Shown: in pieces, positions 14,292 to 27,432 of the stretch
Numbering within the stretch: the first letter of the stretch is position 1
Layout: each line of letters begins with the position of its first letter
Origin: the human T2T-CHM13v2.0 reference genome, Homo sapiens
Length of the DNA: 64,000 bases
Direction: 5' to 3'
NCBI GenBank assembly: GCA_009914755.4
Contig: CP068257.2
Coordinates: forward strand, 33,888,001 to 33,952,000
Notes under the pieces: model-generated
Database searches by the model: none
Told to the model about the DNA's origin: nothing
What the model saw: the letters and a program-made list of their open reading frames with translations, nothing else
Translations under genes and position numbers: made by a program

Positions 14292-17200
14292 CCTGTTGAT
14301 TCTGCTTCTCTGGAGAACACTGACAAATACACCAGGAGTGTGAGGTGTCCCAGGAAGGCAGAAGTCAAAGAGCTTTGGGGCAAGGGAGAACTGACTTGGC
14401 AAATATAGTCCACTGGTGAGCTTAACCTAACTTGTGGCATCTTATCATTTTATTTATATTTATTTAATCAGGTGTGGGATTCCCTACTTTTTCTTAATGA
14501 TTACCCATTTCTAAGTTCTTTATAACTACAGCCTTGAAGCATGGAGTAGGGCCTTTCTTTTCTGACATGAATATCAGCGATTTACTTTTGGCGGATGCTT
14601 TTGGTGGCCCACGTGGCAAATAAATATAATTCCAGGTGGTGGTAAGTGCTGTGATAAAAGGCAAAATAGCAGAAAAGGGAGAAGCTGGAGCTGCTGTTGT
14701 CAACACGGTGGTCAGTGAGGAGAGGACATCAGAGCAGAGACCTGAATAAAGTCGGGGGAAGAGTGAAGCCAGTATCTGGGGGGAGATCATTGCAGACATA
14801 GGAAACAGCCCATGCAGAGGCCCTGGGTGGGAACACGCGGTGGTTGGTCTTCCCACTGGGCACAGGCAGCAAACTGCTATCAGAGAACTTGGGAGTCAGA
14901 GTTGGGTACGTTCTTGTCCCAACCCTGCCATTCACCAGCTGCTTCACGTGGAACAATTTCCTTCTCTTCTTTCAGTGTCAGCTTCTTGATCGGAGAAGCA
15001 AATCAGGTGGATAAGTAATTCCTTATGGTCCTGGTTATCCTTCACATTTAAAGGCAGAGAAGTGTTGTCGTCATTTTCTTTCCAGCAGAGTGTTATTTTC
15101 AGTGACTGCAGTTTTGCATTTCCTATATCTGCCTATTTTGAGTTCACATTCTAACGTGTGTAGAAATCTTTTGTTTAGAGATTTAACATTGGAAGGCATC
15201 TTTGGAGTGATGGAGCGTGTTTCATCTGTGATGAATGAAAAAGCTTCCTGTCCTCCTATCTTGCTGGAGTTGTGTTTTCACACATCCTGTGAAGGGCAAG
15301 ACCCAGTGGGACACTGTTTTCCCAGAGAAATGATTAGACTACAAGAAAAAACCAGAGCCATATAATTTATGGCACCATGTTAACAGTGAGCATAGTCAAC
15401 ACGCAAAGCCGACTCCGCCAGATAAGGAGTTGCTTTGGAAACTGGCCCTGCGCAAATCACAGACGTAGCAGTGGCACATGGATGGGGACCACATTCTCTT
15501 GTGTCATTAACTAATAAAGAGCTCGCAGAGGAAAAGCAAATATCCCAGTTCTTTCTAATGACTGCTACTCAAAATAAAAGAATACTTTTGTTTTGTTCTA
15601 TTGTTGAATTTGCTAGAATACTGCAAATTCTGTTGAATTTGCTAGAATACTTTTTATTTCACCAAGCCTAAAAAATAAGGAAAATTGGCACCAAAGGAAG
15701 TTTCTCACAAACTTATCTTTTTCAGGACAAAGAAGTAATTCAATCAGATGGAGAACAATATGCAAATTCTTAATAAGTGAAAAAGATCATTCATACCCTG
15801 GGCCCAGCAGGACAGACAGAGGTACAGATGGGAGCAGTCTCCCTTTTCTCTGAGCTAAAAGGCCTGAAGTTATCTGCATCCAAAACCTGGGTATTATGGC
15901 TAAGGGAAGGAAATGACCTTTTCAGGTTTCCTCCAGTCTGTTTGCAGGCCTATGGTAAAGACCAGGGTGGGCTGGTGGATTCTCAGGCAAGCTCCCCCTG
16001 AAACTGTGGGGAGGTGATTAAAGGATTAAAATTTGCATGCAAAGCAATAGATATTCAAACCCTTCCTACCCGCCCCCCACCCTCAATGTAACAGAGAAGA
16101 TAAAAGCTGTTTCCTTTCAAAGCTTCAGGTTAAAGATGGAAGAATTAGCCAATATGTAATTGTATAGCGGGGCACTCAGAAAGGGCTGAGAGGAGAGAAG
16201 GCAATGATATCCAAATAGCAATCTGTGCTTAGAAAAAAAATTAACCTCTGAAAAGGGAGAAATGTCATTGTCTAAGGTGGTTCTCTAAATGGGGGTGGGG
16301 GGAGACTGATGATTCTTACGCCTTCCCAGAGGACACCTGGCAACAGTACAACTGGGGGTGGGAGGTAGGGGTGCTACTGGCCTCTAGTGGGTACAAGGTA
16401 GAGGGGATGTTAATGCATAAGGCAGCCTCCCGCAGCAAAGAATGAGCCAGCCCCAGTTGGCAGACATTGAGATGGAGAGACTGAGAAAGGTTGAGAAGCT
16501 GTGGTCTACGGAGAAACCCTGGTCTAAGGACCTATTCTGGTATTTATTCAGTCTATCTGCTCAGGATGTTTCCCGGCCCATCTTGACTATTCCCAAGGAA
16601 CCTCAACCCAACTCTTAAAGTGAAGCCCCAGGGTTTGCCTTGTTCAGCCTTAGTGCCTGGAACCTCTCGGCCTATGAAAGCCTTATACCCGGGGAAGCGA
16701 TTGGAAAGAGGAATCCCTGTCCAGGGCTAATTGATTCCCCCAAGAACTGTGTATCTGCTCTCTTTGCGGTCAAGGAGAGAGGATTTATGAGACACATTAA
16801 AACCTATCTATGTCTTTCTTTGTAAATAAACTGTTTAGAGTTCTCAGATTTCGATCTAAATAGTTACAAACTTTATCAGGCTTTGCTGTAGTGTTGTTCA
16901 AAATAAGATCCTGCAATTATCACTCAATTGCTGCCTTGGAACTGAGACAGGCAGGCGCCGTGGGCACGGCCCAGGACGGCACACTGCTTGGAGATACAGG
17001 TCAGGGAGATGCTTCCACTCCATGTTTCCAAGAGAGCACAGGACATTCTTTGTAACGCACGTCTGTGTGTCCTGGGAGGGTGGATGAGGAGCCATCTGAA
17101 CTGTCTGCTTCAAATTTATAAGAGCCTTTTTGAAAAGGAGACTGTCAGGGGCTTGCAGCCCTGGTACTGCCTCTGTCAGCTGCAGGGAAGACAACAGACT

Positions 17201-17660
17201 GTTCACACCTGTGTGCTCCGGGAACCAGGGGATGACATGCCACCACTTGCTCAACTTGGGACGACTGGTACGAGGGAGTCTATAAAAAGACTTGGTCTTC
17301 TAATTACTTTAATTCATTTTTTTAAAAGCATAGCTGTACTTCAATTTAGCAACCATATTCCTAAAAATGTTAGGCCATACAAGCAAACATTTTTGTCCTT
17401 TTTTCCATGATCACTCCCATAAAAAAAAAAAACACCTTTTGGGCATTTTTCTGATTGCTTCTCCACCTCCTTGAAATTTTGATATGATACACTGTGTATC
17501 TGGTTATGTATAATGGTCCTTAGGAAGGCCACACACCTTCACAGTAGCTAGGATCTCACCTTGGGGGCAATACCAGTCTCTTTGAGCATGGCTGTGCTAC
17601 ACTGCATCTGCCCATTTGATTTGACATTGACAGTAGCCACTATCAAAAAGTATTCAAGAA

Positions 17661-18062
<402 letters not shown>

Positions 18063-19850
18063 CTAGATAATCAATTAATGTCTGCAGACATTTGTAGCCT
18101 TTTCTATGAATGGACTTATTTATAAAACTGATTTATACAACATCCATTGTTTAAACTTACTTTTTATGTATGCTTGGAACAATCTTTCATGTAATTACAT
18201 AAATTTTGGACATCTTTTTTATAGATGTGTAATATGCCATGCTAAGTATGTAGGTTATCAGATTTAAAGAACTAGTTTTGTTGGCTATTTAGGCTAATTC
18301 TGATGTGTCTCTATTAGAAAATGCTGCAGAGAACAGATGCAGCTCATCTTCATGATTTTCCGGATGCATTCATATTGTAAGATGCTAGGAATTCTTTTGC
18401 CTTTTAATTAAAATGTACCAGCACTTAAATGATCCATTATAAGTAAAAAATCTCCCAATAGATTAAATAAAGCAAAATAGTAACAGATCTTTGCATGTCT
18501 GTGTCTGTCTGTGTGCAACTTAGACTTTAATTTGTTATTTAGCTTAAGGCAATGTGTTCCTAAATGCTACTCTAAGAACTTGTACTTACCACCCCTTCCA
18601 CCAAACACAGACACCTTCCAGAGGACCCTTGCCCTCCAATGAGATCTCTATTGTCTTATATTAATTTAACCCTGCTGTTCTAGGTATATCAGAAGTCCCA
18701 TAGAGTAGGCCTGTTTTAATTTCCCAAGGGACCACATAAAACATTGTACCTGGTGTGCTCAAGTTCAGTGAATTACTATCAGGACTTCTTGGAGTCTTCT
18801 CTCCCCTAAGATGCCCCAGTTTCCATGTTGTTGGCACATGGCCAGGTGCAGTATCCCCTCCAAACCTATGACTGGATCACTGATTGGAATTCTCCCTGGG
18901 GGGCTGCCCCTTCCTTCACATTCTCAGCTCCATGCCCCGCCACCCCCTCCTCAAGTAAACAGCTCTTGAGATTTGACCCAGGAAAAGTCAAGTCCAACAG
19001 AAACTCCCAGAACATTATACCCCGGCCCCATTTGTTTTGAAAATAGTATCGAAGCTTACAATTGCAAACATACAAGTGCTTAATTATTGCTCAGTATCCA
19101 TTTTATTTCTAGATATTCATTGAATTCCATTCAAATGTCGATATTAGCAATATTAAAAATAGATGGCTGCAATTTTTCTACTGATTATATAAAGACAGAC
19201 ACTTTAGGTAATGGTCACATATGACATGATTAAATTGTTTTGCTGTCATTGTGTTAATTGTGTGCCAAAGTTAAACATATTCATCTGCAAATTCAAATCT
19301 GCCTGGATATTACCAGTAATTATGGCAGTAGCAGTCAAATAAGTGTCCTCATGTGGTCGAGAGAGTGTTTGAGGCTATGGTAAATATCATAAAAATATCA
19401 TAGTCTATCATGTGTTTGAAATACTATCCTCTGATAAATGACTACTTTTTAATACCTGTTTGTTTTCCTGTGTATGAGGCAAATGGAAAGGAAAATACTT
19501 TTTGAATGAGCTTGTTCATTGACTTCAGAAATGGTGGAAACCTTTGCAGTGTCTGCATCCCCCTGCTCTGTACTCAGCATGGGGCAGCCACCGAGGGCTC
19601 CCAGCCCCTCACCCAGAGATACTGGAAGTACCACAAAAGTTGAGAAGCAGCTGGTGTTTGGCAGGTGAGGCAGAGGATATTATTGTTATTGATTATTGTA
19701 TCCTGATTATTATCCTTCATGCCATCTTCCTGGTAAGGAGGCCCTTAGACAGGTAAGAGCCCATAAGAGTAGTCAATTTTGATCTTCGTGTTCATCTCTG
19801 TGATTTTCTTTCTTAATCTATAAAAAATATCTTTGTTGAAGAAGTGGTTA

Positions 19851-20225
19851 TGTACCAAATGTTTGTGTCCCCCCAAAATTCACATGTTGAAGCACTAACC
19901 CTCAAAGTGACTGTACTAGGAGAAAGGGCCTTTACAGAGGTAATTAAGGTTAAGTGGACTCATAAGGGCAGGGCTTGATCCAATAGGATCAGTGTCCTTA
20001 TAAGAAGAGACAGGAGAGTGCTCAAGCACTCTCTTCACCATGTGAGGACATAGCAGGAAGGCAGCAGTCCACAAGCCAGGAAGAGAGCCCTGACCAGGAA
20101 CCAAATTGGCTAGCACCTTGATCTTGGACTTCCAGCCTTCAGACCTGGGAGAAAATAAGTTTCAGTCATTTAAGTGAGCCAGTCTATGGTATTATGTTGT
20201 CGCAGCCCAAGCTGATGAATACAGA
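19851..20225 (+). mobile_element. MaLR solo LTR of MST type
   Basis: tgtaccaaatgtttgtgtccccccaaaattcacatgttgaagcactaaccctcaaagtgactgtactaggagaaagggcctttacagaggtaattaaggttaag...gtgtccttataagaagagacaggagag...caccatgtgaggacatagcaggaaggcagcagtccacaagccaggaagagagccctgaccaggaaccaaattggctagcaccttgatcttggacttccagcc...gccagtctatggtattatgttgtcgcagcccaagctgatgaatacaga tracks the MST consensus end to end. Confidence 0.8.
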
Positions 20226-21566
20226 AGGAAATGAAAATAATGGGGATTCTGGCTTAGCTTTGGCACCTGGATTGTCTGTCACCTGTAGATCTATTGAGCA
20301 TCCAGCTAAACATTTTGAACCTCCCTGGGTACCTGAGTCTGTGACCAGTGTTGGAGACTCAAAGATCTGTAAGACACAGTTCTCATCGTTGATAACCTAC
20401 AGGTCACATTTGACAGGCTTCCATCAGGGAGGTCTTGTGATTCATGGCCACATCCTGTCCCCGAGTAAAGAACCTTACTGTGAGTTCCTCAAATTGTTGA
20501 TGTACTGATTAATGCACAACCTACTGACATTGAAAAGGACACTGATTTGTTTCTGAATCATGAAGTTTTGCTGATTTGTCTCTGAATCATAAAGTTTTAC
20601 TGATTGTCTTACATGTCCACATTTTAGCCTGTATGTTGCAAGCTGAAGCCAATGATTAAAACCTCTGCATTGCACCTTAACCAAAAGGATAACTCTATAG
20701 AAGGAGTGGCTCCCTTCCTTCTCAACATTCCTCTAAAAGCCTTCCTACCTGTAACAGACCCTAGAACATGCTGGACTTTGTCAGTGTGTCTTCCCTGGTC
20801 CATCCTCACACTTGATTTCCAATAAACCTGTGGGGTCCTGATAAGAGTAAGATTAAGATTAGATTAAGATAAGATGAATCTCACTTGGGAGAGAGCCCCA
20901 GGTGGGGAAGAACAATAAGCCATTGTTCTGAGAGCCAGCCAATCACAGACAACCTACAGACATACAATGACCTTATTCCACCTATAGTCCCCTCCAGCTC
21001 TGCTGACACCTTGATCTTGGAAGAACCACCTACCAACATGGGTGAAGGCAGAGGACAGGACCTTCCTTTGGGGCAATTGCTCTGGTGCCTCTGTTCAGGG
21101 GAGGTGTCACATTCTAAATAGCTGAGCATGGGCAGGAAGCACGGCAAGAGTGCCCAGGTAAAGGACAAGTGTCTAGATCTAAGGACACAGTTTCCCAATG
21201 AGCTTATATCCCAGGACATCGGTTTTGAATCCAAAACTGGGACTCAGGGTGTGGGAGACATTAGGGAGAAAATGAGACTTTTGAGAGTAATGCCCGGGAA
21301 CACCCAATGAGTAGCTGAGCCAGAAAGCTGCAGATTTGTATGGATATCACCAAACATCAAGCAAAAGGCTTTTCCTCTCTGAAGACCAAAATGACCAATC
21401 ATAGTGATCAGCCTTGAAAACAAATTAGAAAAGGCTGTGCTTGGGAAGCTGGGAGGTACAATGATATTTTAGTGCCTTAAATGTGAGTCGGGGTAGAGAC
21501 AAGATTCTCTGAGTTGAGTCTATGTTATTCCTCTGAGGCTTGTTGACCAAGGGAAAGTTAGAAAGT

Positions 21567-21572
<6 letters not shown>

Positions 21573-21616
<44 letters not shown>

Positions 21617-21654
21617 AAAGTTTTGCTACAACTGGACTACAGTCCAGAGGGGAG

Positions 21655-21685
<31 letters not shown>

Positions 21686-21826
21686 TATATATATATTATA
21701 TATATAATATATTATATATATATATAATATATTATATATATATTATATATATAATATATTATATAATATATTATATATATAATATATTATATATATATTA
21801 TATATATAATATATTATATAATATAT

Positions 21827-21871
<45 letters not shown>

Positions 21872-21957
21872 GGGGTGTGTGTGTGTATGTGTGTGCATAT
21901 GTTTTAAAGTTTTGCTACAACTGGACTACAGTCCAGAGGGGAGATATATACATATAG

Positions 21958-22002
<45 letters not shown>

Positions 22003-22045
22003 TATATATATACACATACATATAACATATATATATATTATGTAT
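21573..22045. repeat. Compound microsatellite block: (TG)n - 45-bp unique core - (AT/ATATA)n - (CA)n - (TG)n, present as ~290-bp tandem duplication (core 45-mer at 21612-21656 and 21901-21945)
   Basis: gttttaaagttttgctacaactggactacagtccagaggggagatatata occurs twice with microsatellites in between; core contains the palindrome ctggactacagtccag (21632-21647). Confidence 0.9.
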
Positions 22046-22049
22046 ATAA

Positions 22050-22447
22050 AGTGGTGCAATGGACTATATGTTTATGTCTTCCCAAAATTCATATATTGCC
22101 ACGGAGAGGGGCTTCTGGGAAACCAGTCCTACTAAACCCTAAGGTACTAGTATTAGGAGGTGGGACCTCTGGGAGGTGATTAGGTCATGAGGGAGGAGAC
22201 TTCAAGAATGGTATTGCTGCTTTTATAAAAGGGATCCCAGAGAGATTGTTTGCCCCTTCTACCATGTGGGGGCACAGGGAGAAAACAGCCATCTCTTAGG
22301 ACTGGGCCCTCAGCAGACACTAAATCTGCCAGTGCCTTGATCTTGGACTTCCCATCCTCCAAAACTGAGAGAAATAAATTTCTTTTGTGTGAAAGCCGCC
22401 CAGTCTATGGTATTTTCATTAGAGCAACCCAAACAGGACTGAGAGAA
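22050..22447 (+). mobile_element. MaLR solo LTR of MST type
   Basis: gtggtgcaatggactatatgtttatgtcttcccaaaattcatatattgcc...gtattaggaggtgggacctctgggaggtgattaggtcatgagggaggag...ttttataaaagggatcccagagag...taccatgtgggggcacagggagaaaacagccatctc...aaatctgccagtgccttgatcttggacttcccatcctccaaaactgagagaaataaatttcttttgtgtgaaagccgcccagtctatggtattttcattagagcaacccaaacaggactgagaga. Confidence 0.85.
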
Positions 22448-22611
22448 GTAGTATTGCTGGAACAGGGGAAACAATAATGGTAAAATATACAGGGTGGAGG
22501 GGCCCTGGTCTTTAGAGACATCATCTTCTTTCTTATCCTTGGGCAGAAGCAGCAGGAAACTAACAAGAACTTCCAGCAGCAGGTGCATGGTGAGCTCATC
22601 ACTATTGCAGT

Positions 22612-22965
22612 CACATCAGGCTGCCATTCAGGATACCAAAGATGGGGCAGCTTACACACCAGGCATGACTTTCTCAGTTTTGGAGGCTGTAAGTCCAAAA
22701 TCAAGGTGGCAGCCAATTCTGTTCCTGGTGAGAGTCCTCTTCCTGGTTTGCAGATGACTGGCTACTCTCTGAATCCTTACATAAGGAAGAGAGCAATCAT
22801 CTCTCTCCTGTGTCTTCTCCTAAGAGTGCTAATCCCATTCATGAGGGCTCCACCCGCATGACCTATCACCCCCAAAACCCCATCTCCAAATACCATCACT
22901 TTAGGGATTAGGACTTCAACAGAGAAATTCAGGGAGGGGACCACAAACACTCAGTGCACATCAGT
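22612..22965 (+). mobile_element. MaLR-type LTR (MLT/MST-like subfamily with ...tggaggctg(g/t)aagtccaa(g/a)atcaaggtg...ttaggacttcaaca... signature); exact subfamily uncertain
   Basis: gggcagcttacacaccaggcatgactttctcagttttggaggctgtaagtccaaaatcaaggtggcagcc...gagagtcctcttcctggtttgcagatgactggc...cttctcctaagagtgctaatcccattcatgagggctccacccgcatgacctatcacccccaaaaccccatctccaaataccatcactttagggattaggacttcaacagagaaattcagggaggggaccacaaacactcagtgcacatcag; a second copy of the same family lies at 37132-37480. Confidence 0.6.
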
Positions 22966-23639
22966 AACTCACAACTTCTCTCGTAGTTCCCTGTGGATGT
23001 GTGGAAGAATGGGTATCTGTCAAAAGTTAGACACACCAGGGGAAAGGAAAGCCTGGTGATTCTATAGAACCTTCCTTGTACTCCCGTCTCCAATTCAGGA
23101 TCCAATGGCAGGAGAATGGGCAACAAAATGCCCTGAGAATCTCATGAGGTCAGCACAGAAGATGCCATGAGTCTCCTGTGATGTTGGGAAAGGAATCTCT
23201 CTCAGTGGACACTGTGCGGAGGGAAGGAGGGTCTGGGAAACAATGCCTCTCTTGCCTTTTTAAATCTAAGAATTGCACATTCAGAGGGGAGTGGGAGTAC
23301 AGTCATGTCATCATCTCCACATTTCATTTGATAAAGGATAGACGGTTTTGAGTCATAGACCTTTAAATATGCATGGGGTGGGGGTGGCATTAGATGAACC
23401 CTAGTCTCAAGTTGCTGGGTGAGATGAAGTCAAACAGTATCAAACCCTTTCATTCTCCTAAAAATGAGCCAAGACCATGAGCTGTAGGTAGGCATTTGCT
23501 CCAAAATGATATATTGCAGTTTTGCAACTTTCCTTTCTGTGGCTGCTGCTGTCCAAAATGCCACTTCCCTCTTAAGTTCTTCTATGCACAGTTAGAAAGA
23601 TAAAATGCTAAGCAGTTGAAAAGGGTTGAAAAAGAAAGA

Positions 23640-24130
23640 TGTAGGTTTAGGTCCGGAGCCTGGCGCACCCGCCCTAATTTGAGTCAGGGACCCTAGGCGC
23701 CTGCAGCTCTGGTTCGGGTTGAGTGCCTCCTGTCAGGATGTGAAGCTGCTGTCCCCCCCGGGGGCCTCCAGCACTGCTGAGGACTCAGCAGTCAGGCTCT
23801 CCTCCCACTTGGGCTCATTTACAGAGAGCATCTCCAGGAATCAGTCATGGGGAAAGGGGAAACGCGGAGTGACAACACAACACGTAGAAAGTTCTCTGCC
23901 GCCTTGGTCAGGCTTGTCAGCCTCACAGCCCATCCTGCTCCTGCGGGAGGAAAAGTGAGCAGAACTCAGCCCGGAGATGAGCCGCAGGCCGGCAGCCCCT
24001 GCCTCTGCCCTGCTTGTTGTGACTGCAATGCAAGGCTCTCTGTAGGTGCGGGGGATTCGGGTTAAATGGGTCTCCAGTGGTCCAGCGCTCCCAGCAAAGG
24101 CCGACCACAAGAATTAGCGGGCTAGTTATT
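23640..24130. other. CpG-enriched, relatively GC-rich ~500-bp segment (weak CpG-island-like), not part of an Alu
   Basis: About 20 CpG dinucleotides (tccggagcctggcgcacccgcc, ggcgcctgcag, ttcgggttg, cccccccggggg, aaacgcggagtgac, acacgtag, gccgcctt, tgcgggagg, cccggagatgagccgcaggccggcagc, tgcgggggattcgggtt, cagcgctc, ggccgacc) in a window that is otherwise strongly CpG-depleted. Confidence 0.4.
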
Positions 24131-26283
24131 TACCATAACCATATACAAAACCACAAGCATCAGCGTTCCCTCAAATACATCCGAGACGCTGTATATCTCT
24201 TTATTAAAGCCTGTCAGGGTTTGTTATTGCACAGCTTGGCCTTGAACCCCAACTAAACCAGGCTGCTTGAGCAAAGAACCAAGCAATGCAAGCATTCAGG
24301 CAGGACCATTATAACCCTGAGGCCAAAGGCAGAAGCAGGGAGAGGAGACGTCTTCCTCTCCTGCCTCTCTCCTTTCACTTTCACTTCGAATTGATTTTTA
24401 ACTACATTCGAGCTCACGATGATAGATGGCTGTAAAATATTTTAATCATTCATAAATAAAGTATTTATCTTGTGTGAGTTATCCGGTCTCCTTCACTTTA
24501 ATGAACACAGTATACATCACGCTAATCCATTACTATCAATCATAGGTTTCAAGGTAGGCAATGTAAAAACTTAGAATTGTTGTCATCCCTTCTAGGCCTT
24601 TGGACTAAGATCAGGTTTGGTTGCTATTCTTATCTGTTTGCTTAGTTTTACTTTGCCTCGTTCTCAGACCTATTTTTTTCAAAGCCATGATGTATGCATT
24701 CTAGCACATTGATGTCATTTTGAGTTCAAATGCCCCACTGGTTAAGAAAACAGCACAATGTGGAATTTTCAGCTTTCAAAAAGGTCTTTGCTACAAGACA
24801 ACTCAGATAAAGAATTTAGCAATAGCCAAGATAGAGTGGTGGTGATTAAGTGATGTAATCAAAGGATTGCAATTCCCATTCTAAATAACTCTCTAACTTC
24901 AAATTTGACTATGGGGTGACCAACCTATCGGGGTGTATGTTGAACTTTCCTGGTTTGAGCACTGAAATTTGCATGTCCTGAGAACTCCGAGTCCCAGGCA
25001 AGCCAGCCTGGCTAGTCACCTAACTATGATAAATTCAGTCTTCGGCATAAGTACATACTGTTAAAACTTCATGTGTTAAGACACAAGAAGGCAACCATCA
25101 ATCTATGGTGTGAACTAGATGGAGAAGCTCCCCACTGGTGGAACACAGGACAGTCTGTACAAAGGGCAAACTCTTGCTAGTTGACTTCTCCTGCCTGTCA
25201 CCACCACCTCTAGATTTTGAGTAGTTGGAAGTGGTCTCTGCAGGTACTTCTGAAGCTACAGGAATCTCTGGGCCACGGGTGTCTTCTTCAGGGCTTTTTC
25301 CTCCCCTGGTAGCATTCATAGGCTTTTTCAAACACAGGGTCTTCCCTTTAAAGGACTAGCAAGATGAAAAGAGCAAGGCTGCCCTTAGGTATAGCTGCAA
25401 ACTCCACAGAGAAGAGGACAACTCTGTTCTGTCACCACCGCCACCTGTCCTGCTTTGGCTAAAGCTAATGATGACTGGGGAAGGAAAGGTTCCCTATCTT
25501 GTGGCCCTGGAGCAGCCCTGGGACCATCTCTTTGCCTCTTAGGTCCACAAAGCCTCCTGAATTTAGTACAATGCTGGCCCCTGGGGTCCCCCTTTGAAGA
25601 GCAGGATAGTTGAACTTTGTAGAATGTAAATTACACATACAGTACAACCTCCTGGAAAAACACAGCGTCTGAATGCCCTTTGACCTCCTGGATCATGATT
25701 CCTTTGTCCCCTACATAAGGAAAACAGAAAATATGTTCTATAAATAGTTTCTCTTTCACCTTTTTAGAAAAAAAGTTGAAAAACTAAAGGGAAAGAAAGA
25801 AGAGGAAAAAGAAAGTTTATCAATACCTGTATAACTGAGGAAACCGTTTCCTGTTTCTATTGTATATTGAAAAACCAACTTACGAATCACCCTTGCTTGC
25901 TAAATGATTTACAAAGGTCAGTAATGAGGAACTCCGAGACGCAACCTCAGTTTCACTTGGCAGCTTTATGTGGACATCCTCACATTTGGAAACAAGAAGT
26001 GAATTTCATCTCTACACCCCTTAAAACATCCATCAGGTTAAAATAAGGAGCAGTCAATGTAAATGTTTAACAACCAGTTCTCGGTGGGAAGGGCAGAGGG
26101 GAAGCTCTGGTTTGTAGGGTCCGTGGATTCCCATGATGTAAGTACTCCCACCATGCTGAGTTCAAGTTACCAAGGTGATGTCACTGAACCAGAGTTGGGA
26201 AAACGTTCTCTAGGGCTGGGTAAGTGAAGGGTAGGCAGGTGTCTTCAGCACAAGAGGAGAAACAGAAGGAAAACTGGCTAGAA

Positions 26284-26454
26284 CAGTGGTTCTCAACCCT
26301 GGCTGCATATCAGCATCAACTGCTGGGCTTAAAAAAAGTGCCCAGGCCACACTCCAACCAACGAAGTTGGACTTTCTATGCGTAGGACCCAGGGATTCCT
26401 GTGATTGAAACTCCTGAGGCAATTCTAATGTGCAGCTGAGACTGAGAACCACTG
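26284..26454. mobile_element. MER5-like hAT (Charlie-type) non-autonomous DNA transposon / MITE with terminal inverted repeats
   Basis: cagtggttctcaaccctggctgcatatcagcatcaactgctgggcttaaaaaaagtgcccaggccacactccaacc...gggattcctgtgattgaaactcctgaggcaattctaatgtgcagctgagactgagaaccactg; ends are inverted complements (cagtggttctcaa / ttgagaaccactg-like) as in the MER5A consensus. Confidence 0.6.
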
Positions 26455-27121
26455 CTCTTTCACGGAGCTTGAGTAGTATTCCCTTTTGCAGAAATGCCTC
26501 AAATACTTCTGAGACATTGTATACCTCTTTACAATAGCTTGTCAGGGATTCGCAGTTTAGAAACTGCAAAACCGTGAGTAGGATGGCAATCATTCTTGAG
26601 TGACACCTTTTGGCAGGGCTATGCTTGCCATGGTCATACAACCATGGGGGATGAAATGAGGACCCAGTTGAAAGAACGTGATAACCCCAACATGCACAAA
26701 GTGCTCTGAGGCCTCTCAGCTAAGAGATGGCTGCACTTTTCAGCCTGCTTTGATTGCAATACAATCTGTAGGTGTGGTGATTTGGGTAATTAGATATCCA
26801 GTTATATGCAATATATTCTGTTTTCCTTTTCATTTAGGCTAAGACATTGATATGAGTGACTATTTACCTGAAGCAAGTAAAGATATTGGTATATATTATG
26901 AATGTAGAAAAGGTGAAAAATGCTAGAAATAGCACAAAAACTAGAGAAATGTCATGATATAACTCTTAATGAAGTTTCTGACACGTGTCTATGGTGTGTT
27001 TAATAACTGTGTATGCTGTATATTAAGTATGGAGAGAACCCTATCAAGATTGAGAGAACTCTTGTTTTGGTTAGGCACTGGGGAGAAATGAATCTACCAC
27101 TTCTGCGTTTTTAAGAAAATG

Positions 27122-27432
27122 TCCTAATCCTAACACTTCGGGAGTCCAAAGTGGGCAGATCTCTTGAGTCCAGGAGTTCAAGATCAGCCTGAGTAACATA
27201 GCAAGACATTGTCTCTACAAAAATTTAGCCGGGCATGCTGGCACATGCCTGTAGTCCCAGCTACTGTAGAGGCTGAGGCAGGGGGATCGCTTGTGCCCAG
27301 GAATTTGAGGCTACAGTGAGCTGTGATTGTATCACTGCTTTAGCCTGGGTGACAGAATGAGACCTGGTCTCCAAAAGAAAAGGAAACAAAAGAAGAGGAA
27401 AGAAAAGAGAAGAGAAGAAAGAAAAGAAAATG
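27122..27432 (+). mobile_element. Old Alu (AluJ-like), 5'-truncated, with GA-rich (GAAA/GAGAA)n tail at ~27380-27432
   Basis: cctaatcctaacacttcgggagtccaaagtgggcagatctcttgagtccaggagttcaagatcagcctgagtaacatagcaagacattgtctctacaaaaatttagccgggcatgctggcacatgcctgtagtcccagctactgtagaggctgaggcagggggatcgcttgtgcccaggaatttgaggctacagtgagctgtgattgtatcactgctttagcctgggtgacagaatgagacctggtctccaaaag followed by aaaaggaaacaaaagaagaggaaagaaaagagaagagaagaaagaaaagaaaatg. Confidence 0.9.

Noticed and set aside
16988-17410. 140-aa ORF (+) and overlapping 118-aa ORF (-)
   Set aside because: Overlapping antisense frames, no conserved protein features and a moderately GC-rich stretch that inflates random ORF length; I treat them as noise.
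19851-22447. Two MST-type LTRs 2.2 kb apart in the same orientation, possibly the 5' and 3' LTRs of one MaLR provirus
   Set aside because: The two LTRs differ structurally: one has an extra ggttaagtggactcataagggcagggc segment and the other lacks it, so they look like different subfamilies. The intervening sequence is dominated by microsatellites, and I see no matching 5-bp TSD. They are more likely independent solo LTRs.
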